A stretch of DNA of 64,000 bases from Bacteroidota bacterium (GCA_037130135.1 JBAXTO010000009.1:17276-81275); one strand, 5' to 3'; positions 40,381 to 51,620 are shown, numbered from the stretch's first letter. Notes: a model not told the origin generated them from the sequence alone. Made by a program: numbers and translations.

Positions 40381-43300
40381 TTATCTTATAATAGTAATAT
40401 TTCCTTTATCTTTAATAGCTTCACCGCTTTCGCATTCCCCTTCAAAAATATATCCACAAACAGATGGATCTATTTTTTTTCCTTTATACGTTCCATCCCA
40501 TCCTATATTTATATCTGTACTTTCAAAAACTTTTTCTCCCCATCTATCAAAAATAGCTAAATAAAATGATTGTAAATTTTTACCACGTACATAAAAGATA
40601 TCATTATTTCCATCACTATTTGGAGAGAATGCATTTGGTATAAATATAGCGGACTGACCACATTTCAAGGCTTTTCTGTATACGATAACGGTATCATAAT
40701 CTTTACATCCTAGCGAATCTATTACTTCTACAATAAAAGTACTTGTAAGCTGAATGATTGCAGTAGGATTAGCAATAGAAACATTGCTTACTAAACTAGG
40801 TGGCATCCAATTATAAGTTACAGGATCACTTGCAATTGCTGTTAGTTGTATTTGTTCTAAATATTCAGCAGTGTCTATATTTGCTTGAGCATCTACAGTA
40901 ACACCATCTGAAATAGTTTTCAGTATAACTGTATCTATAGCTTGACAGCCATATTGATTCGTAGCAATTACATAAAATAAGCTACTATCATTGGTATATA
41001 CCAGTGGGCTATTAGTAGACGATCCACTTATAATATTCGTAGTAGGAAACCATTCATACGTGAGAGTATCCGTATTGTTCAGATTTTGAACAAATAGATG
41101 TGTAGGCAATGTTGGGCAATTAATTAATGTGTCATGCGCTAGTATCGCTACTCTAGAAATAGCAACTAATTGATATAAAGTATCAGCACAATTGTCATCA
41201 GAAACAGCGCATGTATACCAAGTGCTATTTAATGGTCGTGCTATAGGATTTGATATAGTATCATTATTTAAATAGATAGATGGAAACCAATCGTAATATA
41301 CCGATGTATCATTTGAGCTATAACCAATTTCAATTTGTTGTGAATCACAAATGATAAAAGTTTGTAAGGTGTCTCGAATAGGATACCTTAAATGCAATGT
41401 ATCGTATGTTGTATCGGCAATGATACATAAGGTAGAATAATTTTGAATAAGTCGAATGATAAACGTACCCGTATCCGTAAAATTATGTGTTGGGTTAAGT
41501 GCACTACTAAATGTGCCATCTCCAAAACTCCATTGAAATCCAGAACTACCTTGTTCAGTACTTTGATTTGTGAATGGAACATTCAAGGGGATACATTTGC
41601 TTGGAGGATAAGTAAAGTCTGCAATAATTCTAGGTATACTTAAACGTGTATATAATGATGCACTGGCTTCACCCACACATCCGGTAGCATTTGTAGCCAT
41701 AACGGTAAAAATAGTGGAGTCTGTTGTGAATGCTGCAACACTACTACCGGTATTACTTCCTACAATATTTGTGGAAGGGTCCCAATTATAGGTAAGTACA
41801 TCAGCAGGATTTAAATTTATTGCATTCAATCTAACTGTATCAAAAGGACAAGCAATACTATCTCCTAATAAGCTTAATTCTACACTATCAATTTCTATTA
41901 CTTGAGTAAATGTATCTATACATCCAGCTATACTAATATAACAAATGTACGTTTGGTTACCTGTTATATCGGCGATTGGATTTGCAATATTATTAAAGTT
42001 TAGATTGGTGCTTGGAGTCCAGTTATAAGTAACACCTGTATCTAAAATGGAAGGGAAACCGATTTGTAAAGTTTGTGTATCACAAATTCGTAAGCTAACC
42101 AAAGTATCTTTTCCATTTTGTAAAACAAAAATATCTTGATATGCAGTATCAGCTAAATTACAGGCATTCACATCACGTACAATTAATCGAACCTGATAGG
42201 TACCAAATGAAGTATAGGTATGTGAAGGACTGCGAACATTAGAGGTTGCACCATCTCCAAAACTCCATTCATATATAGTAGTGGGAAATGTTCTACTATT
42301 GTCTATAAAATTTACATTAGCTGGCGCACAGAGTAAAGGAGTTGCTTCAAAATTGGCTAATATAATTGGAAGATTAAAATCAATTTTAAATACAGCATTA
42401 TTACAATTAAAACTATTATTGACAGAAGATGCAACACTATCAGGATGCGGATAAATCGGAAAATCTTGATGCCCATCGCAACTAGCACATACACTTTGAT
42501 AAATAATTCCATTTCTATCGAAACGAGAAGTTCCTCCATCTACATGGTCTTCACTTAATAATCCACCATAATAACTTCCAAAAGAAATAGCACTTGCATC
42601 ATCTTCAATCACTAAAAGATAAAAATCACTATTATCAGTTACTGATTGAATGGCATCTGAAGTAGTATCTAATCCGCTAGTTCCACCAAATGGTACACCA
42701 CTAGAACCACTATATAAAATATTTACATCTCCTCCCCATCCTGCTAAATATACTTTATTACATACATCAACCAAAAATGCAGTAGGTGAAATATCTACTT
42801 TCCCACCTGTTCCAAAAGCGGTAGACCAAACCAATGTATCTAAATTATTTTTTAATTTACTTATGAATTGTCCTCCCCCTAAATGAAAATAACCAGCATT
42901 AAAAATAAAAGAATCTGCTAATGCCATGGTTTGTCCAAATAGAAACACTTCTTCTGATCTATTTAGTCGTACAAAATAACTTTGATCATATTCGTTAGAG
43001 CCAATATAGGTGGCATTTAATAAGGCTGATCCAGTGGCGTTTAACTTAGCCACATAACCATCACTTCTACCTCCTCCATAAAATGTTCGATAAGAACTTC
43101 CAGCAAGTGGGAAATCACTAGAACCAGTTCCACCTGTAAAAAATAAGTCTTTGGCTTTATCAATTTCTACTGAATAAACGGCATCATCTTGAGCACCACC
43201 AATAAATGAGCTATAGATCAACGTACTTAAATTATTATCAAGTTTAACTAAGCAACCCTCTTGCCTACCATTATAGGTTGTTTGAAAAGCAGAAGTTGTT

Positions 43301-44670
43301 GTTGGGAAGTCGGCCGAAAATGTACTTGAACCAATATAGACATTATCATTTTCATCAATTTGTATTTCACCTCGAATTTCATCTGCATAATTAATTTTAA
43401 GTGGAGTGGCAATATTTAATCCATCATTAGCTGAGCCCCCTAAATAAGTTGAAGCGATTAGATTATCTCCATTGGCACTCATTCGAGTAATAATAATATC
43501 ACTCCCATTTAAATAATCGAGGCCAAGTCCATATAGAATTACACGCACACCGCCATTAAAGGTTGTATCATAAGCGCGCGCTGTATGAGGAAAATTAGTG
43601 GAAGAAGTACTCCCTAAAATAAATAATTCATCATTCGAATTTACGATTAAACTATGTGGTACTTCATCTGAATTTCCACCTAGATAAGTTGAATAAATTC
43701 TGGTACGTCCATTACTGCTATATTTAGTTATGGCAATATCAGTTCCAATAAGAGAGCCTGCACCAGTTCCACCCGCCCATGTTTGTTGATAGGAACCTAG
43801 AGTAACTGGATAACCATTACCAAAAGCAGATCCACCTGCATAGGCATTGCCCCTGCTATCATAAGTAGCACAATATCCAAAATTATCAGCAAAAGAACCA
43901 GAGTAGGTACTAAAAATAACCACTGGGTCAATGACTAAGGTTGCAGAATGATCATAATCATTTGGGAAAATAAAATGTAATATCGAGCCCTCTAATTGGT
44001 ATTTACAAGCAACTGTTTTTTGTTTGCCATTGATTATTTGATAGGCATAAGGACTTTGCTCAATAATAGTATCAAATGCACTGATGATATATAATTTATT
44101 ATTTTTCACATAAAATTGCTCAACTCCTTTGAAATCAAGCTGAATATCATTTGTATTTGCACCTTCTTGACAAATAAATTCATATTTAAAAGAAGTATTT
44201 TCTGAAGATATGTGCAAATGGATATTCTTATATAATTCACTATAGTAAATATCTTTCGCACCAGATACATGTGAAGCCCACTTACTTTTATCACTGCCTA
44301 TAAAAAAATTATAATAAGCTTCTTCTATATTCAAATTTGAAACTTGAGCATGTTTATTGGCATTTAAGAACTGTATTTGATAGGCAAAGAAATTCAATAC
44401 CTCTTTGTTTTTAGGAGTATAATTCTTTATCTGATGTGTATGATTTCGATGGTATAAAAATTCGTTTTTATCATAGAGATTGAAAGTAATTCGATCTGAT
44501 TCAAGAAATACAGAACCATTACCAATATCAGATTTATATTTGATAGTTGATTCCCACTGTCCTTTATTTTCTATATAAGATAAATGCGCGCAATTACTAC
44601 AAGCAAAAATATTTTGATGCAGCAACAAAAGGCCTAAAATGCAAAAAGCTAAAGAGTAGATTTTTGACAT
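40381..44670 (-). CDS. large T9SS type B cargo: SBBP beta-propeller repeats, PKD domains and a gliding-motility-type C-terminal sorting domain
   Basis: SBBP-like repeats (IYSTYLGGNSDEVPHS..., STYLGGSANDG..., SSFIGGAQDDA...). Two PKD domains (WSFGDGATSNVRSPSHTYTSFGTYQVRLIV and WSFGDGTFSSALNPTHNFTDTGTFIIRLI). Type B CTD (IPNAFSPNSDGNNDIFYVRG...IFDRWGEKVFES...GWDGTYKGKK...GYIFEG, about nt 40384..40660). Confidence 0.88.
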   Translation of the reverse strand: MSKIYSLAFCILGLLLLHQNIFACSNCAHLSYIENKGQWESTIKYKSDIGNGSVFLESDRITFNLYDKNEFLYHRNHTHQIKNYTPKNKEVLNFFAYQIQFLNANKHAQVSNLNIEEAYYNFFIGSDKSKWASHVSGAKDIYYSELYKNIHLHISSENTSFKYEFICQEGANTNDIQLDFKGVEQFYVKNNKLYIISAFDTIIEQSPYAYQIINGKQKTVACKYQLEGSILHFIFPNDYDHSATLVIDPVVIFSTYSGSFADNFGYCATYDSRGNAYAGGSAFGNGYPVTLGSYQQTWAGGTGAGSLIGTDIAITKYSSNGRTRIYSTYLGGNSDEVPHSLIVNSNDELFILGSTSSTNFPHTARAYDTTFNGGVRVILYGLGLDYLNGSDIIITRMSANGDNLIASTYLGGSANDGLNIATPLKINYADEIRGEIQIDENDNVYIGSSTFSADFPTTTSAFQTTYNGRQEGCLVKLDNNLSTLIYSSFIGGAQDDAVYSVEIDKAKDLFFTGGTGSSDFPLAGSSYRTFYGGGRSDGYVAKLNATGSALLNATYIGSNEYDQSYFVRLNRSEEVFLFGQTMALADSFIFNAGYFHLGGGQFISKLKNNLDTLVWSTAFGTGGKVDISPTAFLVDVCNKVYLAGWGGDVNILYSGSSGVPFGGTSGLDTTSDAIQSVTDNSDFYLLVIEDDASAISFGSYYGGLLSEDHVDGGTSRFDRNGIIYQSVCASCDGHQDFPIYPHPDSVASSVNNSFNCNNAVFKIDFNLPIILANFEATPLLCAPANVNFIDNSRTFPTTIYEWSFGDGATSNVRSPSHTYTSFGTYQVRLIVRDVNACNLADTAYQDIFVLQNGKDTLVSLRICDTQTLQIGFPSILDTGVTYNWTPSTNLNFNNIANPIADITGNQTYICYISIAGCIDTFTQVIEIDSVELSLLGDSIACPFDTVRLNAINLNPADVLTYNWDPSTNIVGSNTGSSVAAFTTDSTIFTVMATNATGCVGEASASLYTRLSIPRIIADFTYPPSKCIPLNVPFTNQSTEQGSSGFQWSFGDGTFSSALNPTHNFTDTGTFIIRLIQNYSTLCIIADTTYDTLHLRYPIRDTLQTFIICDSQQIEIGYSSNDTSVYYDWFPSIYLNNDTISNPIARPLNSTWYTCAVSDDNCADTLYQLVAISRVAILAHDTLINCPTLPTHLFVQNLNNTDTLTYEWFPTTNIISGSSTNSPLVYTNDSSLFYVIATNQYGCQAIDTVILKTISDGVTVDAQANIDTAEYLEQIQLTAIASDPVTYNWMPPSLVSNVSIANPTAIIQLTSTFIVEVIDSLGCKDYDTVIVYRKALKCGQSAIFIPNAFSPNSDGNNDIFYVRGKNLQSFYLAIFDRWGEKVFESTDINIGWDGTYKGKKIDPSVCGYIFEGECESGEAIKDKGNITIIR

Positions 44671-44715
44671 GATATAAATGTACTAATTTATTAGTAAAAA
44701 GATCTAAAAATTGAC

Positions 44716-45885
44716 TTAGAGTAATTTATTATAAGCTTTCATCCATCTGTCAGGGAGTTCTTCCTTACAAGCTTTCAAGTAATCATTATAGGAGCATGGA
44801 ATCAATTGATTTTTTTTGTAATGTTCTGTATCTCCATAAGGTAGTTCCATCCACCAACGGTCTGTTCGTTTACTTTTCCAAAATATAAGTGAATGATCTA
44901 CATCTTCAAACTCAACTGTATATCTTAGAAATTCTTTATCATTTGCTTGTGGTGATTCAACTTTGCGATTTTCAAATCCTTCAAGGAAATACCATAAGCA
45001 CTGTGCAATTAGCATGGCTGTTTGATTTTTAGGATCTTCAGTAGGATTTAATTCATAAATACCAATAGAGGATAATCGGTCGCTATATCCTGCATATCTA
45101 AATATTTGACAAATTTCTTCTGAAGTAAATCCATTGGGTGTTTGAACCGCATTGGCAGGTGCATCACTTGATTTAATGGCACTTACATCTAAACACATCA
45201 TGTCAGATACTCGTAAGGTGGGTTCCACATCGCTTAAATCTTCACGCACAGCGCCTAAACGATAGGTATCAAAATTTAAACTTTCAACCATATCCAATTC
45301 CATAGGATCAGATAAATAGGTTTGATAACCAATCAAATTATAATTAAATAAGTAATTTGGTTGATGCATGAAGATAGGCATCAAATAAGATTCAGAGCTG
45401 ATGATTTTAGAACTTGTATTTTTAATATCTACTCGTTCATCAATACAAGAAATATTAATCATCTCATACGATTCTTGATAGCCTAAATATTGTGCATAGG
45501 TTAAATCATTTCCACCTCCTAAAATAATCGTAAAAATATTATTAGTTCTCAATTCATTTAATACAGAAGCTAGAGCAAAATACGTATCTTTTACATTATC
45601 TGTAGTAATAATATTGCCTAAATCAATGATTTTATTTTTGGAAGAATTTTTGAATAATGTATATAGTTCTTTACGAATAATATCCGGTGCAAGAGCAGAT
45701 GGAGCATTATGTATAGAACCTCTTCCTTCTTTAACACCGATAATTGCTATTTGAAATTTATCATAATCCAGCTCCCCACCTTGATAGAATTTAATATGGG
45801 GACCCCACATGCCTTCTGCAAAATTAATTCGCGGATAAATATCATTTAAATTTATTGGTTCTAGGTATAAATCGAGTTGTGACAT
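44716..45885 (-). CDS. arginase/formimidoylglutamase-fold family protein (divergent)
   Basis: 389 aa. ILGGGNDLTYAQY and CLDVSAIKSSDAPA sit at the positions of the GGDHS-like and SxDxDxxDP-like ureohydrolase motifs, but with non-canonical residues. Activity is therefore uncertain. Confidence 0.5.
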   Translation of the reverse strand: MSQLDLYLEPINLNDIYPRINFAEGMWGPHIKFYQGGELDYDKFQIAIIGVKEGRGSIHNAPSALAPDIIRKELYTLFKNSSKNKIIDLGNIITTDNVKDTYFALASVLNELRTNNIFTIILGGGNDLTYAQYLGYQESYEMINISCIDERVDIKNTSSKIISSESYLMPIFMHQPNYLFNYNLIGYQTYLSDPMELDMVESLNFDTYRLGAVREDLSDVEPTLRVSDMMCLDVSAIKSSDAPANAVQTPNGFTSEEICQIFRYAGYSDRLSSIGIYELNPTEDPKNQTAMLIAQCLWYFLEGFENRKVESPQANDKEFLRYTVEFEDVDHSLIFWKSKRTDRWWMELPYGDTEHYKKNQLIPCSYNDYLKACKEELPDRWMKAYNKLL

Positions 45886-45926
45886 AAACTATATTAACTA
45901 TCACAAAAATACAGATTAATATAGAA

Positions 45927-48900
45927 TTATTTTACTAAAGTAATATTCCCTTTTAATTCGATAGTTTCATTATCGCGATTCACCGCTTTTATATAATACA
46001 CATAAACACCCGCTTCTTGCGTACTTCCATTATAAGTGCCATTCCATCCTTTATTTAAATCATTGGTTTCATCTAAATTACCAGAATAGTAAACATTTTC
46101 ACCCCATCTATTATAAATCCAGATTTCATATGATTTCATTTGATATGTAAATACCGTAAAGAAATCATTATTGCCATCGCCATTTGGAGAAAATGCACTA
46201 GGTGCTTTTATATCTGATGGACAATTTATTACTTTTAATGCAACTGTATCTGTGCTTTTGCATAGATCATTCGCACCTTCTAAAATCAATAGGTAATCGG
46301 AATAAATTTTCGTGGTTAAAGAATGCAACTCAGTTGCATTTATAACAGAATCGCTCGGGAACCACTTATAATTACTAGCATTTCCACTACCTTGTAAAAT
46401 TATTTGTTTGCCTTTACATACTGTTGTATCGTTACCTGCATTGACCATCGGATAAGAAAGTATTTGAATATTAATGCTATCATTATCGATACAACCCAAA
46501 TTACTTTCAGTCCATACAATACTGTGCAATCCAACAGGTAAAAAAACCGATTGATTAGGTATGCTATTATCTGTAAAATAAATTACCTGATTACTGGCGC
46601 TTGTCCAATTGCCTGAATAAATTTGATTAAAGACTTTTAAATCGACCAATACAGAATCTTTATAAGTACAGATGCTAGTATCGTTTGCTACTGTAGGATT
46701 AGGTAATGCAAGTATGAGAGGAATTACTTTTACAATAATGGTGTCATACGACCAACAAAGCGAAGCGGTATCATACAAAGTAGCTTTGTAATATGTAGGC
46801 AATACTGGTGCTACACGAACCGAATCGCCAGAGATACTACCATTAGGCAGGTTGATAGGAGTATTATAATTATCTGTTTGGCTAAACCAAAAAATACGTT
46901 GTGAGGAATATGGTGTAGTACCTGTTAAAAATGTTTGCGAGCCGGCACAAAATAAAATACTATCTTCATTGATATGTAAACTATCTAAACTATTAAAAAT
47001 AAAAAGTAAGGCCGTATCCGCTGTACTAAAACAATTCAGTACAGCATCAAAAGCAATTACTGTTATATAATTGGTGTCTATTGCCCAATGACTATTCGTA
47101 TAAGTATTAGAAGCAGATAGGGTGCTAACTGAAATTCCATTTACAAAAAATTGATATTGATCAGCACCTGATGCATTTATAGTAACAGAATCGCCTTTAC
47201 ATAAATAGATATCTGTCGCATTGCTACTTAAGTGGATACTTGGACCAGGCAAGCTACCTGGGATATAGATAGCTACCGTATCGCGTTTACTACATGTACC
47301 ACAACCTACAGTATATTCAAAAAAATAAGTGCCAGTAGGAATACTATCTAAGCCAATCAAGTACGCAATATTATTAGTAGAATCTGCTATTTGAATAATT
47401 GCTCCACTGGTACTATTGATTTGTCGCCATAAAAAACAACCATTATTTGCTGCAGATGCTGCAGAGGTATTTCCAATTAATTGAAATACATTACATGTCG
47501 CAGTATCGTTAAATCCAGCATTAGCAGTTGGTTCTAAAAAGTCCCAACAAAATTGAACGGTATCTGCTTTATAAAATTCAATGCCATTACATTGATAACG
47601 TAAGTGCCATATAAAATCATAACAACCCCAATTATCTATTATAAAAAAACAATTTGGCGCATCAGAAGAAAAAGGATTTACACTACCACAAATCATATCA
47701 AATCCACAGGTAATATTTCCATTATCAAATCCATCTGCTGGCTCACAACCATTATTAAAAATATATTCAGTATCAGGTTGAGCGTAATCGACTAAGCTCC
47801 ACCAAGTTTCATAACCTAATGCATTTAAGGTGGCAATAGTAGGGCGAGCATTCATTACTAAGGAGTATGGCGTTAGTTGACTATTGCAAACACGTATATC
47901 TGGTCCTGCAGTCATTGAGTCCATAATAACAGGACTTAATACATTAAACATAAAAGTACTTGATAGATAAGGACAAATACTATCATCAGAATCGTAGACG
48001 CGAAGCCCAGCAATATAGGCGCCAGGGATATTAAATACAGTACAGATTGTTGAATCGCGCGTGCTGAGTGAATCAAACCACATACTTCCTATACCCGACA
48101 CATAATACCATTGATAATGTAAGGAGGTGTCACTTCGATCATTGGCAGTAATTGGAAAATTTGTTTCAAATAAAAAAATTGAAGTATCGCCAGGACATGT
48201 CATTGGTGGACCACCAGAAATGTTCAAGTGATTGGTTATTATATTGACGGTATCTTTTAAAATATTATAAGGATAGCAAGAATTTCGAATATTATAAATT
48301 AATGTAAAGGTATCGTGTGCCCCTAGAAAAGGAAATACAAATAATGAATAATAATCATTTGGAATAGCAGAAGCAGAATCTAGTTTATTAGGATATTTCA
48401 CCACGCTATTCATGATACCATCATTTGGCAAACTAGGATAATCAGGATTAAATAAAGTAAATAATGAATCTGGCTGTGTATCATCTACCACATCCCACCA
48501 CCATTCTGTTCCGGGGGGAACAAAGCCTTGAACAATCGTTAATTGTTCTTCTCCACAAATAACGATATCGCGAGGATGTAATACTTTTAAGGTATCACGA
48601 ATATAAACTGTTACTCTACTTGTATAATGATTACATAATCTGTTTGTAGAGTCATATACATCGACAAGTATGGTAAAATAACCCGAATAATTGGAAGTTA
48701 AACGAATTCGATCACCGTGTATATTGCCCACTAAATGTGCAGCACCTGAATCATTTAATATAGTCCATGTATAATAAAGTGGAGCTCTATTTACATGTAC
48801 TGAATTGTAAGTAGAATCGGTAGATTCTAAAATATAACCTGATGTATCACCAGGACAAATATTCACGCTATCATATTCCAATTGAAATTGATAATTGTAT

Positions 48901-50258
48901 GTAGTTACTGTATCGCTGCTATAAGTATTACAATCATCCACAATATTCCAAATAAATTTAAAAGTATCAGCTTGATGTAAAGAGGTAAAATTAGTAGTTG
49001 GACTATTCGTTGCATTGGGTACATAATTTAAAGTAACATGCCTAGGTTCTGGTCCTTGTGAACACGCTTGTTTAGTGGGGTCTGTTAATGGGAAACTATA
49101 AATACCAGTAGGACTTGCAGGATCGATAACCGACCACCAAGACAAATAATTTCTGCTATTAATTTCAGTTAAGGTAGGTGATGAAGCATGCATGTCTAAA
49201 GAACTTCCATTGCATACGATAATATCTGCACCTGCATTTGCTCTTGGATTATTTAAAACATTAATCGTAATTGTGTCAGTCATAGCACATCCAAATTTAT
49301 TCCAGCTATAATAGAAATCATAAGTGCCAGGTGTTAAATAACCTGTGCCTGTAATACGAGTTGAGGAATCATTGGGAGTAATAAATGAAAGTATTGTTGG
49401 GTTTGTAGTTTTTTGTGACCATAATACAGAAGTGCCTGATGGAGCTTTATTTCCTTGCAATTCAAAATCACTCCGAAATCCTGAAAAACAGCAAGCTCTA
49501 GAATCTTTACCAGCAAATTTTATCCAAGGTGTAAGCGTAGAATCACGTGTATCACTCAACAAAATTTTATCTATATAAACATATCCAATTCTGGTAGCAT
49601 CAGTGCCATCACATACAGGACCTATAAGTAGATAATCAAAATTAGCAGGACAAATAAAATTAGTATAAAGTGTGACATTTGAATCTGTATTGAATAAACC
49701 TCTAGAAATAGTATCTATGGCTATAGCGCCACTAGGGCAGAATCCTATTTGAGGAGCAGGCAATACCCCATTATATCCATAAATGGCTAAATCACGTTCA
49801 AGGGTATTTGAACTTGGGTCGTTTGAACGCTGTATATCGATACTTAAATTATAATTTCTACCACGAATTAAATCAACACGTGTACCCATGTATTCTTTGT
49901 ATTTTGGATCCTGACTTCCGTCATTATAATTTAGAAAAATACCAGCTCTACCACAACCTTGATAAAACGTATTGGAACAAGCATTTCGAAAACATGTACT
50001 ACAATAACTAATTTTTATTCCACCTGCAGCTATGAATCCACCGAAGTTACAACTGTTTCCTTCATGAAAATAATCAGCCGTAGAAATACTTGGATTGAGC
50101 ACATTAAACCAATGATAACTTTTTAAAAATAATTGAGAGTGACTAGTTGGGCAAGTTGAATATCGTTCTATACTAGGATCCTTAATACCACAGTATTGTG
50201 CTTGGCTAATGTAATAACCAAATAATAATAGAACCAAAAAGGTAAATTTTGTTTTCAT
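45927..50258 (-). CDS. large Cys-rich T9SS type B cargo (adhesin-like) with a gliding-motility-type C-terminal sorting domain
   Basis: Signal peptide (MKTKFTFLVLLLFGYYISQAQ), followed by 1443 aa of Ig-like repeat sequence. Type B CTD (PSAFSPNGDGNNDFFTVF...IYNRWGENVYYS...GWNGTYNGSTQEAGVYVYYI, about nt 45930..46210). Confidence 0.85.
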   Translation of the reverse strand: MKTKFTFLVLLLFGYYISQAQYCGIKDPSIERYSTCPTSHSQLFLKSYHWFNVLNPSISTADYFHEGNSCNFGGFIAAGGIKISYCSTCFRNACSNTFYQGCGRAGIFLNYNDGSQDPKYKEYMGTRVDLIRGRNYNLSIDIQRSNDPSSNTLERDLAIYGYNGVLPAPQIGFCPSGAIAIDTISRGLFNTDSNVTLYTNFICPANFDYLLIGPVCDGTDATRIGYVYIDKILLSDTRDSTLTPWIKFAGKDSRACCFSGFRSDFELQGNKAPSGTSVLWSQKTTNPTILSFITPNDSSTRITGTGYLTPGTYDFYYSWNKFGCAMTDTITINVLNNPRANAGADIIVCNGSSLDMHASSPTLTEINSRNYLSWWSVIDPASPTGIYSFPLTDPTKQACSQGPEPRHVTLNYVPNATNSPTTNFTSLHQADTFKFIWNIVDDCNTYSSDTVTTYNYQFQLEYDSVNICPGDTSGYILESTDSTYNSVHVNRAPLYYTWTILNDSGAAHLVGNIHGDRIRLTSNYSGYFTILVDVYDSTNRLCNHYTSRVTVYIRDTLKVLHPRDIVICGEEQLTIVQGFVPPGTEWWWDVVDDTQPDSLFTLFNPDYPSLPNDGIMNSVVKYPNKLDSASAIPNDYYSLFVFPFLGAHDTFTLIYNIRNSCYPYNILKDTVNIITNHLNISGGPPMTCPGDTSIFLFETNFPITANDRSDTSLHYQWYYVSGIGSMWFDSLSTRDSTICTVFNIPGAYIAGLRVYDSDDSICPYLSSTFMFNVLSPVIMDSMTAGPDIRVCNSQLTPYSLVMNARPTIATLNALGYETWWSLVDYAQPDTEYIFNNGCEPADGFDNGNITCGFDMICGSVNPFSSDAPNCFFIIDNWGCYDFIWHLRYQCNGIEFYKADTVQFCWDFLEPTANAGFNDTATCNVFQLIGNTSAASAANNGCFLWRQINSTSGAIIQIADSTNNIAYLIGLDSIPTGTYFFEYTVGCGTCSKRDTVAIYIPGSLPGPSIHLSSNATDIYLCKGDSVTINASGADQYQFFVNGISVSTLSASNTYTNSHWAIDTNYITVIAFDAVLNCFSTADTALLFIFNSLDSLHINEDSILFCAGSQTFLTGTTPYSSQRIFWFSQTDNYNTPINLPNGSISGDSVRVAPVLPTYYKATLYDTASLCWSYDTIIVKVIPLILALPNPTVANDTSICTYKDSVLVDLKVFNQIYSGNWTSASNQVIYFTDNSIPNQSVFLPVGLHSIVWTESNLGCIDNDSINIQILSYPMVNAGNDTTVCKGKQIILQGSGNASNYKWFPSDSVINATELHSLTTKIYSDYLLILEGANDLCKSTDTVALKVINCPSDIKAPSAFSPNGDGNNDFFTVFTYQMKSYEIWIYNRWGENVYYSGNLDETNDLNKGWNGTYNGSTQEAGVYVYYIKAVNRDNETIELKGNITLVK

Positions 50259-50390
50259 TTTAAGGCACTACTAATGTAGTGTTTATTATCATATAATCCA
50301 ATTATTGAGAAAGCATAGAGCGAGATTTGTATTTAGAATCTCAAATCATTCTAAATCTCTATATTTGTATATTAATTTAAAAAGGTCTTT

Positions 50391-51620
50391 ATGGATTCAT
50401 TATTAGAAAAATATAAAAATAAAAAACCCCAAATTGTATTTGAATGGAATGACACTGAAACGGATGCGCAAGGGTGGGTAGTGATCAACTCCTTACGTGG
50501 AGGTGCAGCAGGAGGCGGAACACGTATGCGATTAGGATTAGATAAAGGAGAAGTAGAATCTTTAGCGAAGGTGATGGAGATTAAATTTACGGTATCAGGT
50601 CCGGCTATTGGTGGTGCAAAATCAGGGATTAATTTTGATCCAAATGATCCTCGAAAAAATGAAGTAATGCAACGTTGGTTCAAAGCGGTTTCTCCTTTAT
50701 TAAAAAACTATTATGGCACTGGTGGTGATTTGAATATAGATGAAATACATGATGTGATTCCGATTACAGAAGACTTAGGAATATGGCATCCACAAGAAGG
50801 TATAGTAAATGGTCATTTTCAACCTAAAGATAATCAAAAGATACATTTGATCGGTCAATTGAGAACAGGCGTTTCTAAAAAAGTAGAAGATAGTAAATAC
50901 ACGCCAGACATTAATAAAAAATATGTAGTAGCCGATTTAATTACAGGTTATGGCGTAGCAGAAGCAGTAAAACATTATTATGCTATTTATAAAAAAATAG
51001 ATTTACAAAATAAGAAAGCAATCATTCAAGGTTTTGGAAATGTAGCAGGAACGGCAGCTTATTATTTAAGTAAAATGGGAGTGAAAATCGTAGGCATTAT
51101 AGATCGCCAAGGGGGTTTAATCAATGAAGAGGGATATTCGTATGAAGAAGTAAAAGCACTTTTACTTAATAGAAAAAACAATCAAATCACTGCACCAAAT
51201 ATTTTATCATTTGAAGAAGTAAATGAAAAAATTTGGAAGATTAAATCAGCTATATTTATACCTGCAGCGGCATCTAAATTGGTTACTTTAGAGCAAATAG
51301 ATTCGCTTATGGCTAATGGTTTAGAAGTAGTAAGTAGCGGAGCCAATGTTCCTTTTAGAGATAGTGATATTTTCTTTGGTGATGTAGCTAAACATGTTGA
51401 TAGTAAAATTGCATTAATTCCTGATTTTATTGCCAATTGTGGGATGGCAAGAACCTTTGCATATTTGATGAGCGATAAAATTGAAATTAGTGATGAGGCT
51501 ATATTCAATGATATTTCAAATACTATTGGCAAAGCATTAGAAAATTGTTATGCTAAAAATACATCCTCTACAGGTATTTCTAAAACAGCTTTAAGCATTG
51601 CTCTACAGCAGTTAGTCTAA
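50391..51620 (+). CDS. Glu/Leu/Phe/Val-family amino-acid dehydrogenase
   Basis: Catalytic glycine-rich/lysine region (GPAIGGAKSGINFDP) and the NAD(P) Rossmann motif (IQGFGNVAGTAA). Confidence 0.82.
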   Translation: MDSLLEKYKNKKPQIVFEWNDTETDAQGWVVINSLRGGAAGGGTRMRLGLDKGEVESLAKVMEIKFTVSGPAIGGAKSGINFDPNDPRKNEVMQRWFKAVSPLLKNYYGTGGDLNIDEIHDVIPITEDLGIWHPQEGIVNGHFQPKDNQKIHLIGQLRTGVSKKVEDSKYTPDINKKYVVADLITGYGVAEAVKHYYAIYKKIDLQNKKAIIQGFGNVAGTAAYYLSKMGVKIVGIIDRQGGLINEEGYSYEEVKALLLNRKNNQITAPNILSFEEVNEKIWKIKSAIFIPAAASKLVTLEQIDSLMANGLEVVSSGANVPFRDSDIFFGDVAKHVDSKIALIPDFIANCGMARTFAYLMSDKIEISDEAIFNDISNTIGKALENCYAKNTSSTGISKTALSIALQQLV

